Of a DNA stretch of 64,000 bases, positions 49,678-61,144 are shown one piece after another. Location: NCBI GenBank assembly GCA_977018835.1, contig OZ361261.1, positions 682,001-746,000 of the forward strand, in the 5' to 3' direction. The notes beneath the pieces were generated by a model. That model was given only the letters and a program-made list of their open reading frames with translations, did no database searches and was not told the origin of the DNA. Numbering within the stretch: the first letter of the stretch is position 1; every line of letters starts with the position of its first letter. The stretch comes from Minutocellus sp. GHC0000111 (lineage: Eukaryota). The position numbers were made by a program, and so were the translations under genes.

Positions 49678-50859
49678 CTAAAACATTACCCTGCGATCGG
49701 AGGGTCGACTTCTAAAGACGTCGAGCATGACGTATGGTAACTCCTCCTTCTGTGTGTCGACACAAGTGCTTGTTGCACTACCTCCCGATGCTGCTGTTGA
49801 AGAAGATGATGAGGGCACATCGTACGGGAGCTTCATTCCACCTTCAATTCCAGCCCCAGCACTTCCACCTGCCACGGCCATTGTAGAGGAAGCCATTGCA
49901 TCTGCATTGGTAATAGTACTGCTATCAGTGGCATCGGCTACCGCATTGTTCGAAGAAGCAGGTACGAGAATATCGCATGATCTTTCACCAGACTCGGCAG
50001 CAGTCGCCGCAGCGTTGTCCAACAACACATCCAAATCGGCGCGAAGGACGCCACGGGGGATCGGTCCGATGAGGGCAGTCTCCACATCACCCTCGGCCGA
50101 GATTATGGCCAAATGAGGGATGGCATCGACGCCGAATCGCTCCACGAGGGGCCAGGCCGATCCCTCGTTGGCATTGACCATGACAAAGTTGACCTTGCCT
50201 TCATATTCCTTCTCGATGGCCTGCAGCGTCGGGGCTGCAAATTTGCAGTTTTCGCACCAGGGAGCCCAAAAGTCCACCACCGTCGGTCGGCCATTGCGGC
50301 CGATGACGTCCAACGGAGCCGAATGGGATTGCATCTCTGCCAAAACCTGAATGGGTGTGACGGGATGCGTGTACTTCCAACCATAATTCAATAGTGCGGC
50401 GAGGAAGGCCAGGACCGCCACCACAACATTTATACGCTTCTCGACCTTGACCTTGTTCTCGGCCTCGGTTCGACGTTGCAACCGTTCTGCGCGTTCCTCT
50501 GGTGTTTCGGGCGATAGGCCCGCCTCCCGAAGAATTCTCTCTTGTACGGTCAGACCGTCATCTTCCGTGCTCATTTTGTCGTCGGCGCTGTCCACATCGT
50601 CTGAAGAGGCCGCCGAATTCAGGATATTTCGCACATTGAATGTGTGTGTGCATGCTCGTCTTTGCATTTCACTCGACGGACCAGTGCGGCGATTGGCAGA
50701 GGTACGTGGAGAAGCGCAACTGACGAACGAAGTTGAAGCAGATGGACGCCCGGTCACAACCGCAGGAAATATGAGGAAAGTGGCTGCCACCACCGCTGTG
50801 AAGCCAGCACGTCGCCGCCTCCTCTCCCTCCCATCATCCCCTGGGTTCGAATAACACAT
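49678..50859 (-). CDS. HCF164-like thioredoxin, copy 2
   Basis: WCENC motif; duplicate of copy 1. Confidence 0.85.
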   Translation of the reverse strand: MCYSNPGDDGRERRRRRAGFTAVVAATFLIFPAVVTGRPSASTSFVSCASPRTSANRRTGPSSEMQRRACTHTFNVRNILNSAASSDDVDSADDKMSTEDDGLTVQERILREAGLSPETPEERAERLQRRTEAENKVKVEKRINVVVAVLAFLAALLNYGWKYTHPVTPIQVLAEMQSHSAPLDVIGRNGRPTVVDFWAPWCENCKFAAPTLQAIEKEYEGKVNFVMVNANEGSAWPLVERFGVDAIPHLAIISAEGDVETALIGPIPRGVLRADLDVLLDNAAATAAESGERSCDILVPASSNNAVADATDSSTITNADAMASSTMAVAGGSAGAGIEGGMKLPYDVPSSSSSTAASGGSATSTCVDTQKEELPYVMLDVFRSRPSDRRVMF

Positions 50860-51086
50860 CTTGCCACGCTTTTGGGAGATCGCGTCCTTGAATCGTCCTT
50901 GACCGGTCGACTTCCATCCAGTACGAGAGGCGATATGTTTTTTTTGTGTATGTCGTCGCATATGTCGGCGAACTTTTACTGTACTTCGCCCAAGGGACCA
51001 AGCTTCGCCGACAGACCAACGTCAGCGGCCATGGCGCTGTTCTTGAAGTGAGTACCCGCCGACGCTGCCTCCCCACATGTACTAAA

Positions 51087-52034
51087 ATGGCACGCCGAAT
51101 CGCCGCCGTCCTTGCCTTTGTGGCAGTAGTGTTTGCTGTGGCCGAGGCGTTGCAATCAGGTGCGCCGCCGACGAGAAATTCTCTTTCCATACGGACAAGC
51201 ACTGCTATCAATGCCAATCCCCTCCCCTTGGCAATCACAAGGGTCCAGAAGGATGGTCAAAATGACATGCAGGATGTCTCCAAGATGTGCGTGGAGGTAT
51301 TTTTCAACGAGGACAATTCCTCCAGCCTGCCCCGGCAGATGCAGCTGGCATACCTGCGCAACCTCCAATACGGAGATCTGCGCATGAAATTTTTTACCAG
51401 CGATGCCGAGAGTGATTTGTTCATGGCCCGCCAGGTCATTCCGACCTCCCAAGCACCGTCCGTTCGAGCCAAACCTTTGGACGTTAGAAAAACCAAGATC
51501 TACAACACAAAATATTTGGACAATTCGAAGGACGATGACTTCGTTTTGGGGGATGTCTTAGGCTTTGTAGAAGTAACCGAGAAGAGATTTCGGCTGGGTG
51601 AGCAATATGAATCGACGGGGACGTTCATAGAGGGTGACGATGAGCGGTTGCGAGATGTACGGCCTTTCCTATCGAACCTCTCGGTAAGGGAGGATGCACG
51701 AAAGAGTGGCGTGGGATCTGCGCTTGTTGATATGTGCGAAGATGCCATCCAACAATGGCCGAGACAGTACAGTGAAATCGTGCTGCAAGTTGAAGACGAG
51801 AATAAGCTGGCGCGAAAATTTTACGAAAAGCGGGGCTATACGGCATTGTTTGCCGACCCAGCTTGTAGGCGATTCGATACGAATGGATTGATATTACGGC
51901 GAGTCCCAACAACAAAAGTTGCCATGAGAAAATTGCTTGGAAGTCGAAGAAGGAAACAGTCCTCATCGCCCAGCAACACCCCTTTCTTTATGGATGTCGT
52001 TGACAATTTAAAACAGCTTGTTGGAAGTAAGTAA
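51087..52034 (+). CDS. GNAT acetyltransferase, copy 2
   Basis: Protein identical to copy 1. Confidence 0.85.
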   Translation: MARRIAAVLAFVAVVFAVAEALQSGAPPTRNSLSIRTSTAINANPLPLAITRVQKDGQNDMQDVSKMCVEVFFNEDNSSSLPRQMQLAYLRNLQYGDLRMKFFTSDAESDLFMARQVIPTSQAPSVRAKPLDVRKTKIYNTKYLDNSKDDDFVLGDVLGFVEVTEKRFRLGEQYESTGTFIEGDDERLRDVRPFLSNLSVREDARKSGVGSALVDMCEDAIQQWPRQYSEIVLQVEDENKLARKFYEKRGYTALFADPACRRFDTNGLILRRVPTTKVAMRKLLGSRRRKQSSSPSNTPFFMDVVDNLKQLVGSK

Positions 52035-52074
52035 CAAGGGTGGTTATGAATTAACTACTAGCTAGCTATGGATC

Positions 52075-53878
52075 TTATTGATCTTCGTCGCGGACTTCTC
52101 GATTCCTTTGCGCAAGTGCTTTTCCTGCCGCCGCCCTTCTCTTGCGAGCCCCTGCTTCGTCAAAGGCTGCTTCGGCAGCAATCTTGTATAGCTCATGAAA
52201 GGTTACGGCAGAATAGAGGCTGTTTCGAACCTCATCAATTGTCTGCTGTGACTTGACCAGTTGTATTCCGTAGTGGACCAGTTCGCACGCCGCTTCGCCG
52301 CAAATGTGAACTCCAAGTATGCGACCAGAAGTCTTACTGTAGACCAGCTTTAGCAGACCATCTGGGGCAAATACGCGACCTCGCAAACACTCACAATACA
52401 ACGCGACTGCTTCGCCAATCTCCTCTCCCAACTCTAGTGATTCAGCCTGTTCCCACGTCACTCCATATGTCGCGACTTCTGGGCTGGTCCAGACGCCTGT
52501 GGGGAAGGCAAATGGATTGCTGGCCAATGATGCCGGGTCAAACGAGCTGCCAGCTTGTGCTGCTCCATCCACCACACAAGCAGCATCGCCATCTTCACAC
52601 TCTCCAGTAACCGAGGGTGAATCAAAAAATATGCTATTAGCCGCTGCCTGTGCCTGGGCACATCCCGTCGATGCAAGGAAAGGGCGCCCAACGACATCTC
52701 CGGCCGCATAGACCCCCGGAGCTGTCGTTTGCATATCGGAACCTACAAGGACTCCTCCATACGCATCCATCTCGATGGAATCTGGCAAATTGAGACTCTG
52801 TGTGTTTGGAGCGCGTCCGACTGCAGCCATATACACATCACATTTGATCTCATCAGCGACGCCCGTGGGTAGCTTGCCCCCACCTTTGGCTTCGAGCTTC
52901 AATTTCACTGGTGGCCGAATACCATTCTTTTCATCTTCTGCTGTGGGCACGGTAAATTCAGAAACTTGAGCGCCCTTGATAATCTTGATGCCAGATCGAA
53001 TGAGCGCCGCCACGAGCACAGCGGCCACGTCCTTGTCAAGTCCAATCTTCATCAATGCGTTGCGAGGAACCTGATCTCGAATAATTAAAGTCACGTCTGC
53101 CCCAAGGTTGCGCAAGATCTTCGCATATTCTATCGCTATGATGCCGCTGCCAGTAATAGCGATGCTTTTCGGAAGGAATTTCAATCCATTGATACTATCA
53201 GAGTCAAAAATTCGTCTTCCATCGAAAGGAATACCCGGGGGATGGAACGGTTTGCTCCCAGTGGCCAATAATATCTTATCCGCCACAATTTCTCGTTCTC
53301 GCCCACACTCTTCCTTCACAACGAGTGTGTCAGTTTCTCCTGAATCCTCAAACTGAGCTAAACCCTCCATGTACTCGACTCCCACCATATCGAGTTGACG
53401 AAACACGTCCTGGGCATTTGACGATGCCATATCTACGCATGAGCTCAAGATTTCATTCCAAACCGAGTCTTCGCGCAGCCCCATCCCCCGCAACGTTGAC
53501 ACCTTGATTCGTTTGCCGGTCGCGCAAGGCCTTGCTAAACAAGCCTGTCGGTCCGCCGATACTCAGGTCCTCTTTGGTGGCTTCATTGTACAATACTCCT
53601 GATTCCTTCGGAGCATCAATCAGGACGACATTCCTATCCTTGTTTTGCTGCTTTGCAACAAGAGCTGCCTGCACCCCAACGATGCCTCCACCGAGGACAG
53701 CGAGATCGTATCTGCTTGCGCTTGGCTCATCCTTTGCAAACAACTGCGAAGACGACGTGAGATGTGATGAGACCACCGCCCGGCGTCGTGACTGAGGGCT
53801 CACAAAGGCATTGGCATTAAATACAGAGGAAAGGGTCAAGACGAGGCACAGCGCTCGCGACGGTGAGCAGGACGTCAT
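52075..53878 (-). pseudogene. SthA-like flavoprotein, copy 2, same frameshift
   Basis: Duplicate of 26691-28494. Confidence 0.8.
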
Positions 53879-54027
53879 GGTTCGGTGGGCTGGTCTGACG
53901 AATGACGCAACCCTGCAAACCTGCAAGCCACTCCCAGATGGCGAAATCGGTCTGGCCGACGAACTGGCATCCGTGTCGGGCAAGCAAGTCAAATCTGCAT
54001 ATAGAGTAACTCATCCTTACCTTGGCC

Positions 54028-55545
54028 ATGGCGCCCAACGGAGCCAGCTACAAAGCGGTTCCCGCCGAGCACCTGGAAGTCGACATCAACGATATAGATG
54101 ACGGCAATTCATCCCCAAGATGCTGCTTTCCCCTGAGTTGGCAAATTTGTACTTCTGCCTTCGTCCTGGGCTTGATTGTCTTGCTGGCTACTACAAACGT
54201 TTCACCAACGAAGACACGCCAATATCTCGATGACATGGAAATCTCAACTTGTCCCCAGATGATTTGGAGTGATGAATTTGACAAAGTGGAATTGGATGCA
54301 TCGAAATGGGCATGCATATTAGGCGATGGATGCGATGTTGGACTATGTGGCTGGGGAAACAACGAGCTGGAGGTTTACACCAAGGACTCCAAGAATATCA
54401 GAATCGAAGATGGAAAGTTGGTGATTGAAGCTCACATTGCCAACTCTACAGAGAATAGTGACATTGAAAAATCTCCATCCACAAGAAAATACACATCGGC
54501 CAAGATAGCATCCCAAAGATTGGCAGAATTTGCGACTGTTGGCAGAAGATTCGAAGCCAGCATAAAGTTGCCACAGGGAAAGGGAATCTGGCCGGCCTTC
54601 TGGATGCTTCCTTCCAAGGATCGATTTGGAGGATGGCCCAAATCGGGAGAGATTGATATCATGGAGAACATCGGCAAGGAGGGATCGAATACTATTCACG
54701 GAACTCTTCACTATGGGCGTGACTGGCCCAATGATCAGTACGCAGAGGAGGGAATACGTCTCGACGAAAATGTCTTTGGCAACTTTTCAGAGACTTTTCA
54801 TGTCTTCTCTGCAGAAGTGGAAGAGAGTGAGATTCGCTTCTATATCGACAACATTCTATTCAGTACAAAAACACAGAAGGACCTATTTCCTTACAATTGG
54901 CCGTTTCGAGAACAATTTTATTTCATAATCAATTTGGCTGTTGGGGGTAATTGGCCTGGATTTCCAGACGATTCTACAGTATTTCCGCAGCAACTCGTCG
55001 TGGACTACGTTCGCGTATATGAAGGCCAATTTTGGGGCATCGAGGGGCCACAGCTCGTCGACAGCTTCGAGAAAGATGTGAATTACCCCATTTTTGTAGA
55101 TGATACAGACATCGAAGAAGAAAGCTTCTATTATACTTGGTCGCTTCCTGATGGTGCTACGATAGTGAATGGTCAGGGAAGCAACACAGTACAAATTTCA
55201 TTTGGCGAAAAAGAAGGCATAATTTCTGTGCAACGAAAGCCAGCAGTCGACAGATATGTAGAAGAAGACGGTGATTGTATTCGGCCAATAAGCGCAGGAA
55301 TACGAGTCAGAGTGTTCTCAACAGACGACAAACACAACAAAAAGTTCGACTTTGATTGTGGTTGCCCAGATGACTGTACTCCTTATATACTAAATCGCGT
55401 CGCGGGCGTGGATTACACATGCGGAGAGAGAATAGCATGGTTGATTCGTCAGGGTGATGAAGAGGCCCAAGCCTGCAAGAAAATAAGCGTTGATGAATAC
55501 AACGGGCATTGTGGATCTTGCAATCCAGATCGGTGTAGATACTAG
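54028..55545 (+). CDS. GH16 beta-1,3-glucanase (laminarinase-like) with N-terminal TM anchor and Cys-rich C-terminal module, intact
   Basis: WSDEFD, GWGNNELEVY, GIWPAFWMLP, WPKSGEIDIME (catalytic ExDxxE), NLAVGGNWPG, VDYVRVY. Confidence 0.93.
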   Translation: MAPNGASYKAVPAEHLEVDINDIDDGNSSPRCCFPLSWQICTSAFVLGLIVLLATTNVSPTKTRQYLDDMEISTCPQMIWSDEFDKVELDASKWACILGDGCDVGLCGWGNNELEVYTKDSKNIRIEDGKLVIEAHIANSTENSDIEKSPSTRKYTSAKIASQRLAEFATVGRRFEASIKLPQGKGIWPAFWMLPSKDRFGGWPKSGEIDIMENIGKEGSNTIHGTLHYGRDWPNDQYAEEGIRLDENVFGNFSETFHVFSAEVEESEIRFYIDNILFSTKTQKDLFPYNWPFREQFYFIINLAVGGNWPGFPDDSTVFPQQLVVDYVRVYEGQFWGIEGPQLVDSFEKDVNYPIFVDDTDIEEESFYYTWSLPDGATIVNGQGSNTVQISFGEKEGIISVQRKPAVDRYVEEDGDCIRPISAGIRVRVFSTDDKHNKKFDFDCGCPDDCTPYILNRVAGVDYTCGERIAWLIRQGDEEAQACKKISVDEYNGHCGSCNPDRCRY

Positions 55546-55591
55546 CTACGTAAATGACCTGCTCTAGCTACGTAGTATTTACATCCCTTTC

Positions 55592-56850
55592 TCATTTTTT
55601 AGAAAATAGCCCTAACAGAAACTTTCCCATGTCTTCCTGCGGCGTTCCCTCAATTTGAGCAGTCACCGTCCCATATTTTTCTTGAAGCATTGACGGAACA
55701 TGCTGTCTTGGTCGGTAGAAGAGAGGCGTGCTCAATCGATTGCTTCCTTTTGATGCGATGACTCTGTGAATGGTAGCTGGAATTCTACCCATCGAAAGTA
55801 ATTCCAACCATTTCCCTGCCATTATCACAGCATACTTGTAATGCTCAGTCGAAACTTTGTCAACAGCCTCGGGTCTAATCCAAGTTGAAAATTGAGAATT
55901 CCACATTTCCAGACCAGGTACAGCAGAAAGAGGAACCAGAGTCAGAATACTCCAGTCGGTGTGAGCTCTCAGAGTTTCCCTTTCATCCAAGCTCTCATCT
56001 CTGGGAAGCGAAGAATAATAGCAAATTCTTTGCGTGGTGCAAGATAGGGAGCTGTCTTCTTTGCCGTATTGTTCGCTCACTTGACCACTGTCAGGCAAAA
56101 GGGTCATTAGGTCATCTATTGCCGAGGTATCTGTCATTGATGCCTTGAGGAGAGCTGTTGTTGTCAGTCGGCCAATGTTTTCAAGTAGATTGTATGCCGT
56201 CGATAAAACAGCTTTCTTCTTATCTTTGCCGAACGCATTTTCAATACCATCATCAGGAAGCAACACAAAACTTCCATCGCATCGAACCCTTGTTGTTTCG
56301 ATATATTTGTAGCCACTGGAGTCTGTATCGGCAGTTGCATCATCCCTCACCAGAACCTGATGCCGAAGCGGTATGCGATCTAGAGTAAATATTTCTTCAG
56401 CACACTCCCAGAGGTCGCCCATGATTTTGGCATCATCTTCCTTGAGCTTAAGAAGGAAGTATCCATTGGCGAGACCATGCTCAATCTCATAACTACTCTC
56501 ACTTCGGCTGGTGGATCCAGCCAGCTTTTCTATGTAACACAATGGACAAGTGACAGCCTCAGTTCTTCAGGTACTATAGTTGAACTGGTATTTCCATTTT
56601 CTTGGGCGTGTGCAATCCTATCCGACACCTCATCCTCGAACTGACGAAAGGGAGAGAGACTGGGAGATGATGATTCTCTGCTACATTTGACACCCTCATT
56701 TTTGCTGCCTAGAAGTGGAGCCATCAAGAGAGGGTGCCGAGGCCTGACCGGCAGCGTTCTGGAGCAGAAACCGTCAGATGGGAGTAAGCGACCTTGATAA
56801 ATGGCAAGTGCTGTCGCTACTGCGACGAATCGATCCCTACTTCTCAACAT
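55592..56850 (-). pseudogene. 2OG-Fe(II) oxygenase, copy 2, same frame break
   Basis: Duplicate of 29702-30960. Confidence 0.7.
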
Positions 56851-56997
56851 GGTTGTGCAAGATTTGGTTCCTTGATTATGCATGCGATGGAAAACAATCT
56901 TTCGGCTCAGTGCGGCGGCGTCTGTCCTCCCACCACTCCCATCGGCGACGACCGACGACCGCACATTCCTAGATTCCTCTTCAAATAAATAGCAACC

Positions 56998-59346
56998 ATG
57001 AAAGGATACGACGAGGCCGAGAAGAACGTCGGCATCACTGCTTATGTGTCACCCGATGCACTTGGATTTGCTGCAGTGTCCAAGGCACGATACTCTGATT
57101 TCTTGGTCCGAGAAGTGGACGTCGATGGCAATGTCGCACGCCTCACATCTCTCGAGAACAATCTGAAAGATGAAGAAGAAGGTAGGCCTAGCGAGGAGCC
57201 TGCCGCTGGTGATAAACGGGGTTCCGAGGATGCTCCGCAAGAAGCCTCAGAAGAGGGCAGCACCAAGAAGGCCAAAATAGAAGACGGAAGTTCGAAGGAT
57301 ACGTCGACGCTCTCCAACGAGGAAAAGCTCAAGGAGGCTGAGACGAAATTGACGCCGCTGGTCGGGGAGGAGGCTGCCAAGGGTGCGGTGGCCATGCTTC
57401 GATCCTGGGAGGACAAGAGTTCCACCGATGCCACTGCCGTCCCTGATATGCCCAAAAAATTCACATTTCCCTTGATTGATGACAAGGATAAGAGGAGGGC
57501 TATCCATCAATTGATTCGGTCGGATGTTATCGCACCGTTTGCCTTGGCCGATACCATCGACAAAAAGGTTCGCATCTGGCACAAGCGGTTCGAGAAGGAG
57601 ATGCCAAATTATGGCAATTTTGCGCGTGATGGACGAGGAGGTAGCGGAGGCCGAGACAATAATAGGGGCGGCAACAAGAAGAAGTGGCCAGCGGATCGAC
57701 CAAACTTTCTTCGATTCGTTCTGTACAAAGAGAACATCGATACAGGAACGGCTGTCAAGGAGATATCTCGAATGCTTGGCTCGGGTGGTGGCGGCCGTGG
57801 AGGAGGAAGAGGTGGCAGGGGCGGTAGAGGTGGTCGGGGAGGAAGGAACGACTCAGCCACTGTCAATTATGGTGGCATGAAGGACAAGCGAGGCGTTACC
57901 GCTCAGTACTGCACCATCTATAGAAGAAATCCCGATGATTTGCTTCGCTTGAACACGTTCTCATCGTCGCGTGGAGCTGGGTGTGGTGGTGGATCAACTG
58001 GTGGTGCTGCTCTGATGAAGGTGGGACATTTTTCTTATGTGAATGATTCTATGGGTCTGGGATCGTTGGGCGGCAATAGGTTTGACCTTGTCCTGAGAAA
58101 TGCATGGTTGGACAACGATGACGACCAAGGCAATGAAGATCGCATTGCAAAGACAAAGTCCGTTTTGGAAAGTGCCGCCCATGCTTTTCAGACGCATGGA
58201 TTTATTAACTACTTTGGTATGGAACGCTTTGGCAGGTACTACGACACACACATGGCAGGCCTAGAGGTAATCAAGGGCAATTATGAGGAGGCGATTACCA
58301 TTATCATGCGGCCTAAGAGCGACGAGAACAATCGTTTCACTGATGCTCGCCGGCGATGGGAGAATCGTTTCGAAGGAGTTGATATGTCAGACGAAGATGC
58401 AGTGCGTGAGGCAGAAAAGAAGGCCGCACAGTCTGTCTTGCGCGATTTGGGCAGATTTATGAACTGCGAAGTATCTCTCATGCACGCTCTTTCACGAAGA
58501 CCTCGAGATTACAAGCGCGCGTTTCAGTCTATCGCCAAGAACATGCGCTCAATGTTTGTACACGCCTTCCAGAGCTACTTGTTCAACCGAGCGGCATCAC
58601 ACCGCGTTGAAGCGGGGGGAAAGAAGGAGGTTATGATAGGAGACCTCGTCTTGACCGAGGATAAGTCACTTGCTGAGGGTGGTAGCGGTACGAGTGGGCT
58701 AAAGGGCAAGGCTGTTAAAGTGCTCACTGAGGAGGACATTGAGAGTGGAAAATACAACTTTGGCGATGTCGTTCTTCCTCTTGCGGGAACGAAGATTCAA
58801 TATCCCGAGAATAGCACCGGCGCATACTACGATGAAGTGCTAGGTGAATTCGGCGTCACGAAGGAGGACCTCAAGAGGCTATCCGATCGAGACATATCTC
58901 TACCCGGAGACTACCGCCGCCTCCTTTGCATCCCTTCTGATACTACGTTTGAAGTCAAGGTCTACGAAGATCCCCTCCAGCCCCTACTCGAGACAGACTT
59001 GATGAAAATAAGTGCCAAAACAATGGATGAAAAGGCTTCAAGCGAAGCGGGTGGCGCCAAGGGAGATGAGAAAGAAGAAAATGCCGCTACCAGCGAGAAG
59101 TCCAGCCCAGAGAAGAAGGAGGAAAACCAACTCATTGGTATGGTTGTCGGCTTTACTCTGCCACCCTCCTCTTACGCCACAATTGCTCTACGCGAGCTTA
59201 TGAAGAAACCCACGTCCGCAGATTACCAACGGCAACTTCAATCGAGCGGAAAATGCGAAAGTACCTTGAACAACGGCGACGATGATGAGAGCGGCACAAA
59301 ACCATCAGAAAAGAAGGACGATCCATCGGGTGGAAACGCTAGCTAG
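56998..59346 (+). CDS. PUS7: PUS7/TruD, copy 2 (NYFGMQRFG changed to NYFGMERFG)
   Basis: Full 782 aa ORF; four amino acid differences from copy 1. Confidence 0.92.
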   Translation: MKGYDEAEKNVGITAYVSPDALGFAAVSKARYSDFLVREVDVDGNVARLTSLENNLKDEEEGRPSEEPAAGDKRGSEDAPQEASEEGSTKKAKIEDGSSKDTSTLSNEEKLKEAETKLTPLVGEEAAKGAVAMLRSWEDKSSTDATAVPDMPKKFTFPLIDDKDKRRAIHQLIRSDVIAPFALADTIDKKVRIWHKRFEKEMPNYGNFARDGRGGSGGRDNNRGGNKKKWPADRPNFLRFVLYKENIDTGTAVKEISRMLGSGGGGRGGGRGGRGGRGGRGGRNDSATVNYGGMKDKRGVTAQYCTIYRRNPDDLLRLNTFSSSRGAGCGGGSTGGAALMKVGHFSYVNDSMGLGSLGGNRFDLVLRNAWLDNDDDQGNEDRIAKTKSVLESAAHAFQTHGFINYFGMERFGRYYDTHMAGLEVIKGNYEEAITIIMRPKSDENNRFTDARRRWENRFEGVDMSDEDAVREAEKKAAQSVLRDLGRFMNCEVSLMHALSRRPRDYKRAFQSIAKNMRSMFVHAFQSYLFNRAASHRVEAGGKKEVMIGDLVLTEDKSLAEGGSGTSGLKGKAVKVLTEEDIESGKYNFGDVVLPLAGTKIQYPENSTGAYYDEVLGEFGVTKEDLKRLSDRDISLPGDYRRLLCIPSDTTFEVKVYEDPLQPLLETDLMKISAKTMDEKASSEAGGAKGDEKEENAATSEKSSPEKKEENQLIGMVVGFTLPPSSYATIALRELMKKPTSADYQRQLQSSGKCESTLNNGDDDESGTKPSEKKDDPSGGNAS

Positions 59347-59530
59347 TAGCATCTGAAAGAGATAGATAAATAAATCTATATTTACTTGTCCTTATGTGCT
59401 CCTCCTTTATTGTTTGAGTATCTCGCATCTCAACATCCACGTACATACATAAAAACTATGTTCAGAACTTTATGCATCTTTGCTTTGATTGAACCCAATT
59501 CTTGACACACATACACGACGATATCAATTA

Positions 59531-60200
59531 TTAGCTAGCTCCAGTCGGTGGTGCAGGTGGGGGAGGACCTGCTGCAGCAGCTGCAGCTGCCGCGGCTGCT
59601 TGTTGCTGCGCCTGTGCCCTCGCGGCAAATCGTGCCGATCGCGAGGAGGGTTTGAGAATTTGGAACGAGCACATGAGCTCATCATCAACCGAAATCATGC
59701 CACCGGCATTGTCGAACTCTCCGCAGTAGTTGGGGGCCGAGAACAAAGTTACGAGTCTCCTACCAGCAAAGAACTGTGACATGATTTCGAATAGATGCAA
59801 GGGAAGGGAAGAGATTCAGTTGGCGAATGAAATAAATCGCAGAGGGTGAATTTGGCTAGCTCGAGTCGCATGTAACAAAAGGGAACAACTTACCTCATAT
59901 CCATCCTCTACAACCTGATGAGCACGAACGATGAGGTCCAAATCATGCCGTTCCAAAAAAGCCGCCACGACGTCGGCGCCAAACACAGAGGAAACACCCC
60001 GATCGTTCTCCGCCCACCCATTAACGCTGGTGTCGGGATCACTCCACAAAAGGTCGCACATGAGACCGACGTCGGGGACGTCACATGGACGTTGGAGGTT
60101 GGCAATCTGACTGAGAGCCTCCATTTCTGGACTGAGTCCACCGTGCATGCACAGAATCTTCTCATCGACGAGGGCCGATACCGGCAGGCAGTTGAAGACC
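59531..60200 (-). pseudogene. PP1 catalytic subunit 3' fragment, copy 2
   Basis: Duplicate of 33641-34310 with the same breakpoint. Confidence 0.92.
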
Positions 60201-60792
60201 TCACGCAAAGGTGCCCGTCGACTGCTGTGTCTTCGATCGGGTTCTGCTTTTCATTGCCTCGATGCTGTTCCCCAACGAACAAAAGTTTGCACTTGACCTG
60301 AGCGAGGTGAACGTCCTAGCCGATGCGGCCGAGGAGCTTGGTCTGCAGGCCCTTGCCGATTTGTGCGGTTTTCAGTCATCTTCTTTCGACTCTCGTTTTC
60401 GCAAAGACAATTACATTCGCTACGCTGAGGTAGTCAAGCGGAACAACGAAAACAATGAACTCCTAATTATTATGGACGGGATGGTGCTGGACATTTCTAG
60501 GTGGATTGACGAGCACCCTGGTGGCCCATCAATTATCCCAACTCAAGCATTGAACATTGACTGCACCATATTTTTTGAGATGTATCACGCATCAAGACAA
60601 TCCTTTTTGTACCTGAAATCCTTCTACATTGGCGAGCTAGCCCCAGAAGATGCTGCAACATTGAGGAGTAGCGCAAAGGGCGCACTGGCAGGGGCATCGC
60701 AGGGATTCCTTGACGCGCTTCGATCATATACAAGAGAATGGAGAGTTCAGATAAAGGTACATCAAGGCGAGAGAGTACATAAAAGTTTATAA
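60199..60792 (+). pseudogene. 3' fragment of the BTB/cytochrome b5 gene (copy 3)
   Basis: Matches copy 2 plus one E to V change. Confidence 0.9.
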
Positions 60793-61144
60793 AAGGTGGA
60801 GGAGTGTACATGTAGGGTCGAGCAAGCAAAAGAAACGTTCATCAGCATCAAGATAATCATAGTTACACATGGAGACTCCAGAGTCAGTCTAATCACATAC
60901 ACGTAGATTAGTGATTGCAACATGTAAATATTGTGTGACACATGCATGTTAGTAGATCTAGATCTAACAGTCCTGCATGTACTACACGTAGCTTACACAA
61001 TGTACAAGTACGGCTGTAGTAGGAATTCCTAGGGCTCTAGGCCTAGCTAGCTAACTACGTAGTGTAGGCCTCTAGAGACCTCTAGCTAGCTACGTAGCTA
61101 GTCAGTAGAGTGCCGAATGGAAACCTGCATGTAGACTACCGGTA

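Larger units (their letters stand above)
34309..60198 (+). repeat. Tandem segmental duplication, copy 2 (25,890 bp)
   Basis: Near-identical to copy 1. Length difference is fully explained by +4, +1, -1377 and +506 bp indels. Confidence 0.97.
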
